Assembly (NCBI GenBank): GCA_019913005.1
Contig: JAIOHL010000333.1
Location: 100,885 to 164,884 of the forward strand
Direction of reading: 5' to 3'
From: Anaerolineae bacterium
Lineage (GTDB): Bacteria; Chloroflexota; Anaerolineae; Aggregatilineales; J027
Length of the DNA: 64,000 bases
Shown: piece after piece, positions 18,729 through 27,205 of the stretch
How the letters are laid out: every line of letters begins with the position of its first letter
How positions within the stretch are numbered: the first letter of the stretch is position 1
Program-made: the position numbers and the translations under genes
Notes under the pieces: generated by a model
What the model was told of the DNA's origin: nothing
Seen by the model: only the letters and a program-made list of their open reading frames with translations
Database searches by the model: none

Positions 18729-20612
18729 ATGGTTCAACAGCGTGTCCGTCAATCTCTCCGTTGGGTGGGGGCCATCGGGTTGATTATCGTGTTGTCATCA
18801 ACAATGATGGCAAAAGCCGATTCCAACAGCAGCCAACAAAGGCTAACATGGGCCGATGCGCCTGCGCCTTCACCACTCCGCCACGAAGGAGATGCACGGT
18901 CACGCTGGGGTTGGGAACTATATGCCGATGTGTATGGCCCATTTTTCACCGACCCCTATCAAATTGGCGATCAAACGACCTTTGCGCTGGGGGAATCGCC
19001 ACATGATATTTATGAGATGGAACTCTACTATCGCAGCCAGTATGCCTATTTCTGGTTTGAGCCGGGTACTGATATAGACATGGATGAATTGCAGACGACG
19101 GCGGATTATTTTGACAAGCGTGTTTGGTGGCTTGACCGCGAGATTTTTGGGCCAAACGCTAACCCCGGCATTGATGGCGACACCCGGATTCATTTGGTGC
19201 ATGTCAATGAGTTCTATCCCGGCCTGTTAGGATTTTTCAGCCCCAAAGACCAATGCCCCCAACATATCTGTCCGTCCAGCAATCAGCGCGACGCGGTGTA
19301 TATGATGCTGAATGAAAATCCATTGGACAGCGAACAATACTACGCGACATTGGCCCACGAATTTCAACACCTCATTCAGTTCAACCGCGATGGCAATGAA
19401 TACCGCTGGATGGATGAGGGGCTTTCCCAACTGGCCGAACATCTCATCGGGGTGGTGGATAACGAGGTCAATCATTTTAATGTCGAGCAGTTCATGTTCG
19501 ATACCAACCGCCCGCTCAATTCGTGGTCGCTGGATTACGAGGAACAATCGGCTTATTATGGGGCGGGGTATCTCTTTGCGGTCTATCTGTATGAGCGGTT
19601 TGGATCGGAATTTATCAAGGCGTTGACGCAAAATCCACATGATGGTCTTGCCGGGGTCTACGATACGCTGCAACAGACGGGACAGCTTACAACCTTCAAC
19701 GAACTGATGATTGATTGGTACATCGCCAGCTTGATTGATAATCCCTATGTGGGCGATGGTCGCTACTACTATCAAACCTATGATTTGACCACGACCCCGC
19801 CGCTGATTGACTTGGGCAGCGTCAAACGCGAGTTTGTGTTTAATAGCAACGCCAATCAATATGGGGCGGATTATCTGTCACTAGAATTTCCGGGTACGTA
19901 TCAACTGAATTTTGGCGGCTCAACCGAAACGCCATTGATGGATGTTGCCCCTGCATCTGGCGACTGGATGTGGTGGTCATATAACGCGATTGGGGCGGCC
20001 AGCAGCCTGACTCGTACTGTAGATTTAACCCGCGTGCCCGGCGCAACCCTGCGTTACAACGTGTGGTGGGAGACGGGGGAACTACCCGATTACATGCACG
20101 TTTTGGTCTCCACCAATGATGGGCAGCGTTGGGATCCGCTGTCGGGCCAGCATATGGAATATCCCGACGGCTACACCGATGCCCCCGGTCTGCATTACAC
20201 AGGCTATTCTGACGGGTGGCTGGCGGATGAAATTGACCTATCGCGTTATGCCGGACAGGTCATCCAAATCCGCTTTGAATATGTCACCAACAATGCCCTG
20301 ACCGGGCCGGGATTTTTGCTGGACGACATCGAAATTCCTGAAATTGGACTGATGGATGACGTGGAAACGCTTGACAGTGAATGGGTCACCGACGGGTTTT
20401 TGCGGACACAGCAGACGGTTAGGCAAGATTGGTCAATCGCAGTGGTGAAGTTGGGCGACCCCAATGAAGTCCAGTATGTCCCGGTTGAGGCAGGCAAGTC
20501 GGATATGGAAATTGATGTGATAGAGGGTGGGGCGGTGGTCATTGTAAGTGCCCAAGCACCCTTTACCCTGCATGAAGCCAAGTATCGGCTGACTCTGACG
20601 CCGTTGGATTAA
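18729..20612 (+). CDS. Secreted HExxH zinc metalloprotease, tandem paralog of 16697..18676
   Basis: 627 aa with a signal peptide and the same blocks in the same order: LAHEFQHLIQF, DEGLSQL, STNDGQRW...IDLSRYAGQVIQIRFEYVTNN...LLDDIEIPE. Confidence 0.7.
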   Translation: MVQQRVRQSLRWVGAIGLIIVLSSTMMAKADSNSSQQRLTWADAPAPSPLRHEGDARSRWGWELYADVYGPFFTDPYQIGDQTTFALGESPHDIYEMELYYRSQYAYFWFEPGTDIDMDELQTTADYFDKRVWWLDREIFGPNANPGIDGDTRIHLVHVNEFYPGLLGFFSPKDQCPQHICPSSNQRDAVYMMLNENPLDSEQYYATLAHEFQHLIQFNRDGNEYRWMDEGLSQLAEHLIGVVDNEVNHFNVEQFMFDTNRPLNSWSLDYEEQSAYYGAGYLFAVYLYERFGSEFIKALTQNPHDGLAGVYDTLQQTGQLTTFNELMIDWYIASLIDNPYVGDGRYYYQTYDLTTTPPLIDLGSVKREFVFNSNANQYGADYLSLEFPGTYQLNFGGSTETPLMDVAPASGDWMWWSYNAIGAASSLTRTVDLTRVPGATLRYNVWWETGELPDYMHVLVSTNDGQRWDPLSGQHMEYPDGYTDAPGLHYTGYSDGWLADEIDLSRYAGQVIQIRFEYVTNNALTGPGFLLDDIEIPEIGLMDDVETLDSEWVTDGFLRTQQTVRQDWSIAVVKLGDPNEVQYVPVEAGKSDMEIDVIEGGAVVIVSAQAPFTLHEAKYRLTLTPLD

Positions 20613-20636
20613 GCATCTGAATTCATAGATCTAGAA

Positions 20637-20670
20637 ATAGGGACAATCTTGAGTATTGTCTCTATTTTTT
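20637..20670 (+). terminator. Rho-independent terminator after the protease pair
   Basis: ATAGGGACAAT pairs with ATTGTCTCTAT (11 bp, one G.U) around a CTTGAGT loop, followed by TTTTT (20666-20670). It lies 25 nt after the stop. Confidence 0.75.
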
Positions 20671-20935
20671 AGGGAGGATTCTGAACACATGTTCTATTAC
20701 TGTAGATTATATGCGCCGAAGTTGAATTCGTAACCACGGTTACGCATGAGTTTGTATTGTGACGGTAGAATTAAGATAAAATTTGGCTTGGATAAGGAAA
20801 ATAAGGAATGGTATAGAGTAAAATACTAACCATTTACCAATCACCGTGAAACCAGTGAACATAATATTTTGGCAATAGGAATGTCCCCACGAGGCAACTT
20901 TATTGCAAGCAGTCAGATAAGGAGAACTAATTTAC

Positions 20936-22504
20936 ATGCCTAGCAAAATGCGTTGGTGGAAGCCAATAATAAACTCTCTCATAGCTATCACTTTGTTGAT
21001 TACTGGGATAGCAAGTCAGGCAACGCAAGCAAAAGGCTCTATTGAAAATCCTTATTCTTACTACTACTCATCAGAAAAAAACACTTTTATCATCGAAAGT
21101 GCGGACGACGGAGACCAATATACATTGGCAAAATATTCATTGCCCAGTTCAGATTACCGTCTTTCCGGCGCGGGCTGGTCACCGTCTGGAGAATGGTTCA
21201 CTTGGAACCCCAATTCTACACAGATTTCCGTTGTTCATCGTCGAGAAGGCCAACAATTCGATTTTCCTTCATCTCATATAAACGCCGAAAATTTATCTAC
21301 AAGCAGTCGTTGGTCGCCAACGTCAGACATGCTTTATGTTCTTCGCACTCAGGATTTTGGCATTGGAATTGAATACTTCGATTTTTTTGTGATGAACGAT
21401 ATACCATCACAGAATGTGATTTTTGAATTTAGCTCAGATTACGATCTATCTAATTCGGGAAAACCGACAATTGTAGGGGCTTTTTGGGCAAAAGATGGTC
21501 AGGCCGCTTATCTCTACTTTTCCGATCCCATACTACAAAACAAAATCAATTTCGTGGCTATTCGACTTGATGGAAGAATCCTTGAATATCAAATAGGTTT
21601 ACCAGAAAACGAGTGTGGCATTAATTTTTCTTTCTCTTCTTCAGGAACTGGATATATTCCTTTAACGAACACTCTGATTCAAGCAACTGAAGAATTAGAG
21701 ATAACTCCACTAACTCCAACAGACGAATTTGCAGAATCGTATATAAAACGAGTGGAGTGGAGTCCAAATGGCGCTCATGCTTTTATCTATAGTCAACCCA
21801 TATGTGGGAATCAGGGCAATCTATTTGATCTTTGGGTGCTATTTGTAGACCAACAGATCGTCAAAAAAGCCAGTACACAAGTTTTGGGAGATGAGTATGG
21901 ACAGTTATCACACTGGTCGGGTCAAGGCAATAAAGGTTGGTTTCTTGATCCAGATTCTAAAATCATGTTGCTGACTTTAGAGCCACTGGGCGTCAGGCTA
22001 ATTGAATATCCCCAAAACAGCGTACTCGATGTTACCAGTATTGGATGGGTTGGTAATGACAGCGATTTGGTCTTTATAGCAGGAAATGAGAATAGAATTG
22101 CGTATCGCTATAATGACGATTTGGGCATAACAACGTCAATTATAGAAAACCAACAAATCTACGATTTAAGCGTTGGCACGTTCGCCTATTCGAGTGAAGA
22201 ACGCTATATTGCCATCTTAGGAAAGTGCCTCGGTCAATACAATACACCATGTATTTTTGATTTGACCCTAAATCAGTTAAACCAACTACCTCCGAACAGC
22301 GCAGACATGTATGGTTCTTATGGGCAATTACGTTGGCATCCTAAAGAAAACTGGATACTTATCGGTGAATTTGTAGAAGAAGGGCGCATATTTTTGCGTA
22401 TCACTAATTCAGATGGCTCAATAGCGCGAGAGCTAGGATATAACTGCACTACCCCCATATGTTTTGGATGGCTTCCATCAGTTTCAGTTACTACTGCCCA
22501 TTAG
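20936..22504 (+). CDS. Secreted protein with PD40/TolB-like beta-propeller repeats, low-GC gene
   Basis: 522 aa with a signal peptide (LIAITLLITGIASQATQA). Recurrent WSP-type repeat motifs are present: GWSPSGEWFTW, RWSPTSDMLY, VEWSPNGAHAFIY, LRWHPKENWILIG. Line 21001-21060 has 24/60 G+C, against 34/60 for line 20401-20460. Confidence 0.6.
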   Translation: MPSKMRWWKPIINSLIAITLLITGIASQATQAKGSIENPYSYYYSSEKNTFIIESADDGDQYTLAKYSLPSSDYRLSGAGWSPSGEWFTWNPNSTQISVVHRREGQQFDFPSSHINAENLSTSSRWSPTSDMLYVLRTQDFGIGIEYFDFFVMNDIPSQNVIFEFSSDYDLSNSGKPTIVGAFWAKDGQAAYLYFSDPILQNKINFVAIRLDGRILEYQIGLPENECGINFSFSSSGTGYIPLTNTLIQATEELEITPLTPTDEFAESYIKRVEWSPNGAHAFIYSQPICGNQGNLFDLWVLFVDQQIVKKASTQVLGDEYGQLSHWSGQGNKGWFLDPDSKIMLLTLEPLGVRLIEYPQNSVLDVTSIGWVGNDSDLVFIAGNENRIAYRYNDDLGITTSIIENQQIYDLSVGTFAYSSEERYIAILGKCLGQYNTPCIFDLTLNQLNQLPPNSADMYGSYGQLRWHPKENWILIGEFVEEGRIFLRITNSDGSIARELGYNCTTPICFGWLPSVSVTTAH

Positions 22505-22730
22505 TCTTTTCATTAGCTTTCTTGGGGCGTGTCATCTCGGCGAGTTCAGCTTCCAGTTGGGCACGGCGTTCGACAGCAGCTTTGGCGCTTTCTTCCAATA
22601 CCCGTTTATACCGTTCCTTTGTCCCCTCGCGCAGATCATCACCGGAAGCAGGGGTCAACAACAACGACACCCCCGCACCAATGATCGCCCCGGCCAGTAA
22701 GCCTGCTCCAAAAACCAAGATTTTTCGCAT
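22491..22730 (-). CDS. YtxH-domain protein (N-terminal TM helix plus coiled coil)
   Basis: 79 aa. MRKILVFGAGLLAGAIIGAGVSLLLTPASGDDLR followed by a charged helix is the YtxH pattern. It lies 13 nt downstream of the TIR gene on the same strand. Confidence 0.7.
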   Translation of the reverse strand: MRKILVFGAGLLAGAIIGAGVSLLLTPASGDDLREGTKERYKRVLEESAKAAVERRAQLEAELAEMTRPKKANEKTNGQ

Positions 22731-22742
22731 GATGCCCTTCCT

Positions 22743-23432
22743 TTAGCTCGAAAGCGCCTCGACCAATTGACGCAGGCCCTTTTTGTAATCGGTGTAGCAG
22801 TCAAAACGGGTACAGCGGCGTAGCTCATCCGGCGGGTCAACCGGTTCGACCAACGCCAAGATGATTGGTTTGCGCTGACTGCGGAAATATTGCCATGCTT
22901 GTTCCACACTACCCGTCTTGATGCCAAATTGGGACAACACCACGACCATTTTTTTGCATTGTTCCAAAGCCGGATGCACCCCGCCTGCCCAATTCACATT
23001 TTCGGGGGTTTCCCCGTCATCCAGCCACGTGGAAATGCCTACCGCCTTGAGGTCGTCGGCTAATTTTTTGGCAAAATCAGCATCGGTGGCGGCGGCGGCG
23101 ATATAAGTGGCGGCTTCAATTTTGATCTTGGCGGCTTTGGTCTTGCCCATTCCGCGTGTATCCGCCACATTCACCGCGCTTGGTTTAGAGGTGAAATCGT
23201 GCGCCGAGGTCTTGCCCATGCGATAGACCGTGCCGCCGCAAGTGGGACATTCGCCACGTGTACCGGGACGCCCTTTGCTTGTCCAAACCGCCTGTGGGTT
23301 CAGCATTTCGACTTTTTCACGGCAGGTGACACAAAACGCCTCTACCGCCTCATCTTCAAGATCGCTGAGGTGTTCCAATTCATCTATATCTTCAAATTCA
23401 TCCCGAAAGGGGTCGCGGTCATAGTCCGTCAT
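22743..23432 (-). CDS. Acidic N-terminus + CxxC...CxxC zinc ribbon (DUF5679-like) + TIR-like domain protein
   Basis: 229 aa. Residues 34-74 (CVTCREKVEMLNPQAVWTSKGRPGTRGECPTCGGTVYRMGK) form the ribbon. The C-terminal part, from about residue 108 to 229 (TDADFAKKLADDLKAVGISTWLDD...MVVVLSQ...SVEQAWQYF...KPIILALVEP), follows the bacterial TIR layout. Confidence 0.6.
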   Translation of the reverse strand: MTDYDRDPFRDEFEDIDELEHLSDLEDEAVEAFCVTCREKVEMLNPQAVWTSKGRPGTRGECPTCGGTVYRMGKTSAHDFTSKPSAVNVADTRGMGKTKAAKIKIEAATYIAAAATDADFAKKLADDLKAVGISTWLDDGETPENVNWAGGVHPALEQCKKMVVVLSQFGIKTGSVEQAWQYFRSQRKPIILALVEPVDPPDELRRCTRFDCYTDYKKGLRQLVEALSS

Positions 23433-23504
23433 AAAATTCCAACCCTAATGTTTGTCTTTGTATACGTTCAAGATTAGCACATTCGTCTATTCTGTCCAAA
23501 CTAA

Positions 23505-23533
23505 TTGACAGCCCAAAACCCGAACGTTATACT
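23505..23533 (+). promoter_or_regulatory. his operon promoter (consensus-like)
   Basis: TTGACA (23505-23510), a 17-nt spacer, then TATACT (23528-23533). Only 7 nt separate the -10 from the leader-peptide ATG. Confidence 0.6.
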
Positions 23534-23540
23534 TTCGCCC

Positions 23541-23615
23541 ATGTTAAAAAATCAACTTTCTATCGCTGTGTATCATCACCATCATCATAACTTCCGGCTT
23601 CATTTCCGGTGGTGA
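23541..23615 (+). CDS. hisL: his operon leader peptide (24 codons, 5 consecutive His codons)
   Basis: ATG 23541 to TGA 23613-23615 encodes MLKNQLSIAVYHHHHHNFRLHFRW. The His run CAT CAC CAT CAT CAT spans 23574-23588, and there is a sixth His at 23601. The ORF sits between the promoter and hisG and is too short for the ORF track. Confidence 0.65.
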   Translation: MLKNQLSIAVYHHHHHNFRLHFRW

Positions 23616-23674
23616 TGGTGTGTCGCGCCCGCAAAAATTTTCAAAATAGGGCGCACCCGAAATCAGCAAATCTG

Positions 23675-23710
23675 CGCTCCACGCCAACCGGATGTGGGGC
23701 GTTTTTGTTT
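23675..23710 (+). terminator. Candidate attenuator terminator of the his leader
   Basis: CGCTCCAC (23675-23682) pairs with GTGGGGCG (23694-23701) for 8 bp with one G.U, around an 11-nt loop, followed by TTTTTGTTT (23702-23710). It ends 36 nt before the hisG ATG. Confidence 0.55.
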
Positions 23711-23745
23711 ATGGGGTAGCCATCAAAAGGGAGAGTAAGGGTCGA

Positions 23746-24750
23746 ATGAATGAGCAAGTACGAATCGCATTGCCAAGCAAAGGGCGGATGGAAGGGGAAA
23801 CCCTCGAATTCCTTGCCAACTGCGGCTTGCGTGTCAACAAAACCAATCCGCGCCAATATACCGCCACGATTCCCGCCCTACCGGGGGTAACGGTCATGTT
23901 CATGCGTCCCCGTGACGTTCCCGTCAGCGTGGCATCGGGGGATATGGATTTGGGGATTACAGGTTATGACACGGTGTATGATGCGTTTGGCGGCGAAACC
24001 GAGGAATTGATGCTAGTCCATGAGGCGCTCGATTATGGACAGTGTGCACTGGTGCTGGCTGTCCCGATGGAATGGACAGAGGTGCATACCGTCCAAGATT
24101 TAACCGCCAAAGCCGCCCAACATGAACTGCGGGTCGCCACCAAATATCGCAATTCGGTAGATCGTTTTTTAACGGAGCGCCACATTTCGGGTATACGGGT
24201 AGTTAGTGCGGATGGGGCACTCGAAGCCGCCCCCAGCATTGGGTATGCCGATTTTATTGCCGACATCACCAGCAGCGGTACGACTCTGCGCGAAAACAAT
24301 CTGCGTTCATTGGAAGATGGCCTGATTGTGGATTCACAAGCCGTATTGATTGGCAACCGCACCGCATTAGCAACCCGTCCAGCAGTCATGGCGGCGACGG
24401 AGCAACTCCTAGAATTTATCGAAGCCTATATGAACGCACATGGCAAATACATGATTTTCGCCAACATGCGGGGGGAGACATTGGATGAGGTCGCCCACCT
24501 AGTATTGGGGCAACCCGATTTAGGTGGCCTGCAATGGCCTACTATTTCGCCGCTTGGGACACAAGCCCATCATGGCAACTGGTGGTCGGTCAGCATTGTG
24601 GTGTCCCATGCTAGACTATATCCCGCCATACAACAGTTCCGTACCATCGGGGGCAGTGGTGTCGTCGTAACCCCGGTGTCGTATATTTTTGAAGAACGGC
24701 CCGAACGTTGCCGCCGCCTATTATCTATTGTTCAAGGGGTGCAACCATGA
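23746..24750 (+). CDS. hisG: ATP phosphoribosyltransferase, long form with C-terminal regulatory domain
   Basis: MNEQVRIALPSKGRMEGETLEFL...DLGITGYD, with GGGAGAG upstream of ATG 23746. The track start 23692 lies inside the terminator and is rejected. The stop overlaps the hisD ATG (ATGA at 24747-24750). Confidence 0.9.
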   Translation: MNEQVRIALPSKGRMEGETLEFLANCGLRVNKTNPRQYTATIPALPGVTVMFMRPRDVPVSVASGDMDLGITGYDTVYDAFGGETEELMLVHEALDYGQCALVLAVPMEWTEVHTVQDLTAKAAQHELRVATKYRNSVDRFLTERHISGIRVVSADGALEAAPSIGYADFIADITSSGTTLRENNLRSLEDGLIVDSQAVLIGNRTALATRPAVMAATEQLLEFIEAYMNAHGKYMIFANMRGETLDEVAHLVLGQPDLGGLQWPTISPLGTQAHHGNWWSVSIVVSHARLYPAIQQFRTIGGSGVVVTPVSYIFEERPERCRRLLSIVQGVQP

Positions 24751-26075
24751 CCGAATTGCTGCCGATTTATTCACTAGCCGATGCCAAAACCAAGATTTTG
24801 TTGCGCCGTCCGCCTGACGAGACAGAAGTAACACCCGCTATCAGCAAACGGTTAGAAGAATTGTTTGATGGGCCAGTTACCCCCGAAGAAGCGGTACGTC
24901 GGATTTTGACGGCGATTCGGGATGGGTCGGACAATGCAGTGGGGTATTGGACAAAAAAGATTGATGGTGTGCAACTTGATGCGCTGTATGTACCGGAAAT
25001 CGAAATCCACGAGGCACTGGATAGAATCCCCCAAAAAGTTGCCGAAGCCTTGCAATTGGCAGCAGGACGCATTGAAAATTTCCACCGGACACAAGCCGAA
25101 CACCTGACGGATTGGTATGAAAACGGATTGGGGCAAATTTTGCGCCCGATTACCAAAGTCGGGGTGTATGTGCCGGGGGGGACAGCGCCGCTGCCTTCCT
25201 CGCTGTTGATGAGCGCGATTCCAGCGTTGGTGGCAGGCGTTGAAGAAATCATTATCTGTACCCCTCCGCAAAAGGATGGGACGGTCAATCCGGTCATCTT
25301 AGCAGCGGCGGCGGTGTGTGGTATCAAAAAAGTGTTTAAGGTGGGTGGGGCGCAGGCGATTGCAGCAATGGCCTATGGCACACAGACCATCCCGCGTGTG
25401 GACAAGATCGTTGGGCCGGGAAATCTGTTTGTAACATTGGCAAAACGACAGGTGTTTGGTGTGGTGGGGATTGACGGGCTGCCGGGGCCAACGGAGACTA
25501 TGATTATCGCCGATGAATCCGCCAATCCCGCCCTTGCCGCCGCTGATTTATTGGCCCAAGCCGAACATGATGTGCTGGCCTCGGCGATTCTCGTCACCCC
25601 CAGTCGCAATCTTGCCAAACGAGTGCAAATTGAAGTGGCCCGTCAGTTGGAGCATTTGGACCGTGACAACATTATCGCACAATCCCTCAGCAATCAAGGT
25701 GGGGTAGTCATTGTGAATGGCCTCGTGGAAGCGTTTGAGGTCGCCAATGAGTATGCCGCCGAACATCTCTGCCTGCTGCTGGAAGACCCCTTTGCGTGGA
25801 TTGGCGAAGTCAAAAACGCCGGGGGTATTTTCTTGGGAGAGGGGTCATTTGAGGTGTTGGGGGATTACGTGGCAGGGCCGAGCCATGTCATGCCAACCGG
25901 GGGCACAGCACGATTCTCCTCTCCGCTCAATATTTTAGACTTCATCAAAATTACCAGTGTCATCGGCCTTGACCATGACACCGCCGCTGAACTGAGCAAA
26001 GCCGCCTCGGTGCTGGCCCATGCCGAATCTTTGACCGCCCATGCCGCCGCTGCTGAAGCCCGTATACAGGAGTAA
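24747..26075 (+). CDS. hisD: Histidinol dehydrogenase
   Basis: Conserved blocks [27 protein letters not shown] and AEHDVLA. Start at the ATGA overlap with hisG. Confidence 0.9.
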   Translation: MTELLPIYSLADAKTKILLRRPPDETEVTPAISKRLEELFDGPVTPEEAVRRILTAIRDGSDNAVGYWTKKIDGVQLDALYVPEIEIHEALDRIPQKVAEALQLAAGRIENFHRTQAEHLTDWYENGLGQILRPITKVGVYVPGGTAPLPSSLLMSAIPALVAGVEEIIICTPPQKDGTVNPVILAAAAVCGIKKVFKVGGAQAIAAMAYGTQTIPRVDKIVGPGNLFVTLAKRQVFGVVGIDGLPGPTETMIIADESANPALAAADLLAQAEHDVLASAILVTPSRNLAKRVQIEVARQLEHLDRDNIIAQSLSNQGGVVIVNGLVEAFEVANEYAAEHLCLLLEDPFAWIGEVKNAGGIFLGEGSFEVLGDYVAGPSHVMPTGGTARFSSPLNILDFIKITSVIGLDHDTAAELSKAASVLAHAESLTAHAAAAEARIQE

Positions 26076-26080
26076 TCGCT

Positions 26081-27205
26081 ATGCAGACTCAAGACATTCC
26101 CCAAATACGCATCCGGTCAGACATCGCCGCAATGGAGGGGTATGGGTATCCTAGCGGCACACTCGAATTATTGAGCGAACGCATGGGTCGCCCTGCCAGC
26201 GAAATCATCAAACTCGATACCAATGAAAATCCATTCGGGCCATCTCCTAGAGCCTTAGAAGCCCTCGGCAAGATGGAAAGTACCGCTCATATCTACCCCG
26301 ATGTGCGTGTACCGTATCTGCGGGCAGGCTTGGCGGAATATACCGGGGTTGACCCAGAGCATATTTTGGTTGGGCAGGGTTGCGACGAAATTATCAAAAT
26401 CACCGAGCAGTTATTTCTTGAACCCGGCGATGTTATTTTGAACTGCCCGCCGACCTTCACCATGTATTCACTGGTGGCAGGCTGGCTCGGCGCAAAAACG
26501 ATCAACATCCCCCGCCGTGCCGATTTTTCGCTGGATGTGGAAGCGATTGAAAAAGCCGCCCATGAAACGGGTGCAAAATTATTGTTCGTCTGCTCCCCCA
26601 ATAATCCCGATGGCAGCCTAACTCCACCCGATGTTTTGGAGCGACTTTTAAAGCTACCGCTGGTTGTGGTGCTAGATGAAGCCTATTTTGAATTCGCTGG
26701 GGTCGAAAATAACGCGCTGCGAGTGCCAGATACGACGAACCTGATTGTGATTCGCACCTTCAGCAAATGGGCAGGCTTGGCAGGGCTGCGGATTGGCTAT
26801 GGCATCTATCCGCTGGAAATCATCGAACACCTCTGGAAAATCAAGCTACCGTTTAATGTGAGTGCCGCTGCCGATGTTGCTGCACGGGCGACACTGACTG
26901 ATATGCCAATGATGCAGGCCAATATTCAAAAAATCATCAACGAGCGTGAACGATTCATCGCCGAATTAAAGACCATTCCCTATATCCATGTTTACCCAAG
27001 CGCGGCCAACTTTGTTTTTTGCAAGGTTGCCAGCGTGCCGATTCCCGAATTACAAACACGGCTGGAAAATGAAGGCATCCTAATTCGTTACTACGAAGGC
27101 AAAGTGCCGGGGCATGTGCGGATTAGTATTGGACGTCCCGACCAAGACGACAAATTATTAGCCGTACTGCGCCAACTTGGGAAGGAATGGAACGTCCATG
27201 CGTAA
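26081..27205 (+). CDS. hisC: Histidinol-phosphate aminotransferase
   Basis: 374 aa with [20 protein letters not shown]-like SPNNPDGS and [14 protein letters not shown] (PLP lysine context). Confidence 0.9.
   Translation: MQTQDIPQIRIRSDIAAMEGYGYPSGTLELLSERMGRPASEIIKLDTNENPFGPSPRALEALGKMESTAHIYPDVRVPYLRAGLAEYTGVDPEHILVGQGCDEIIKITEQLFLEPGDVILNCPPTFTMYSLVAGWLGAKTINIPRRADFSLDVEAIEKAAHETGAKLLFVCSPNNPDGSLTPPDVLERLLKLPLVVVLDEAYFEFAGVENNALRVPDTTNLIVIRTFSKWAGLAGLRIGYGIYPLEIIEHLWKIKLPFNVSAAADVAARATLTDMPMMQANIQKIINERERFIAELKTIPYIHVYPSAANFVFCKVASVPIPELQTRLENEGILIRYYEGKVPGHVRISIGRPDQDDKLLAVLRQLGKEWNVHA

Noticed and set aside
20746-20829. A small ORF MSLYCDGRIKIKFGLDKENKEWYRVKY (27 aa) and other mini-ORFs in the AT-rich region upstream of the propeller gene.
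   Set aside because: It has no RBS, no recognisable similarity and AT-rich random-looking context. There is not enough evidence to call a gene.
23641-23903. Minus-strand track ORFs 23641..23856 and 23709..23903, and the extended hisG start at 23692.
   Set aside because: They overlap the his attenuator and the 5' end of hisG. The hisG N-terminus MNEQVRIALPSKG with a GGGAGAG RBS at ATG 23746 is the conserved start, and 23692 sits inside the terminator stem. Similar over-extended track starts were trimmed at 9734, 14400, 24708, 27177, 33624, 35868 and 62370.
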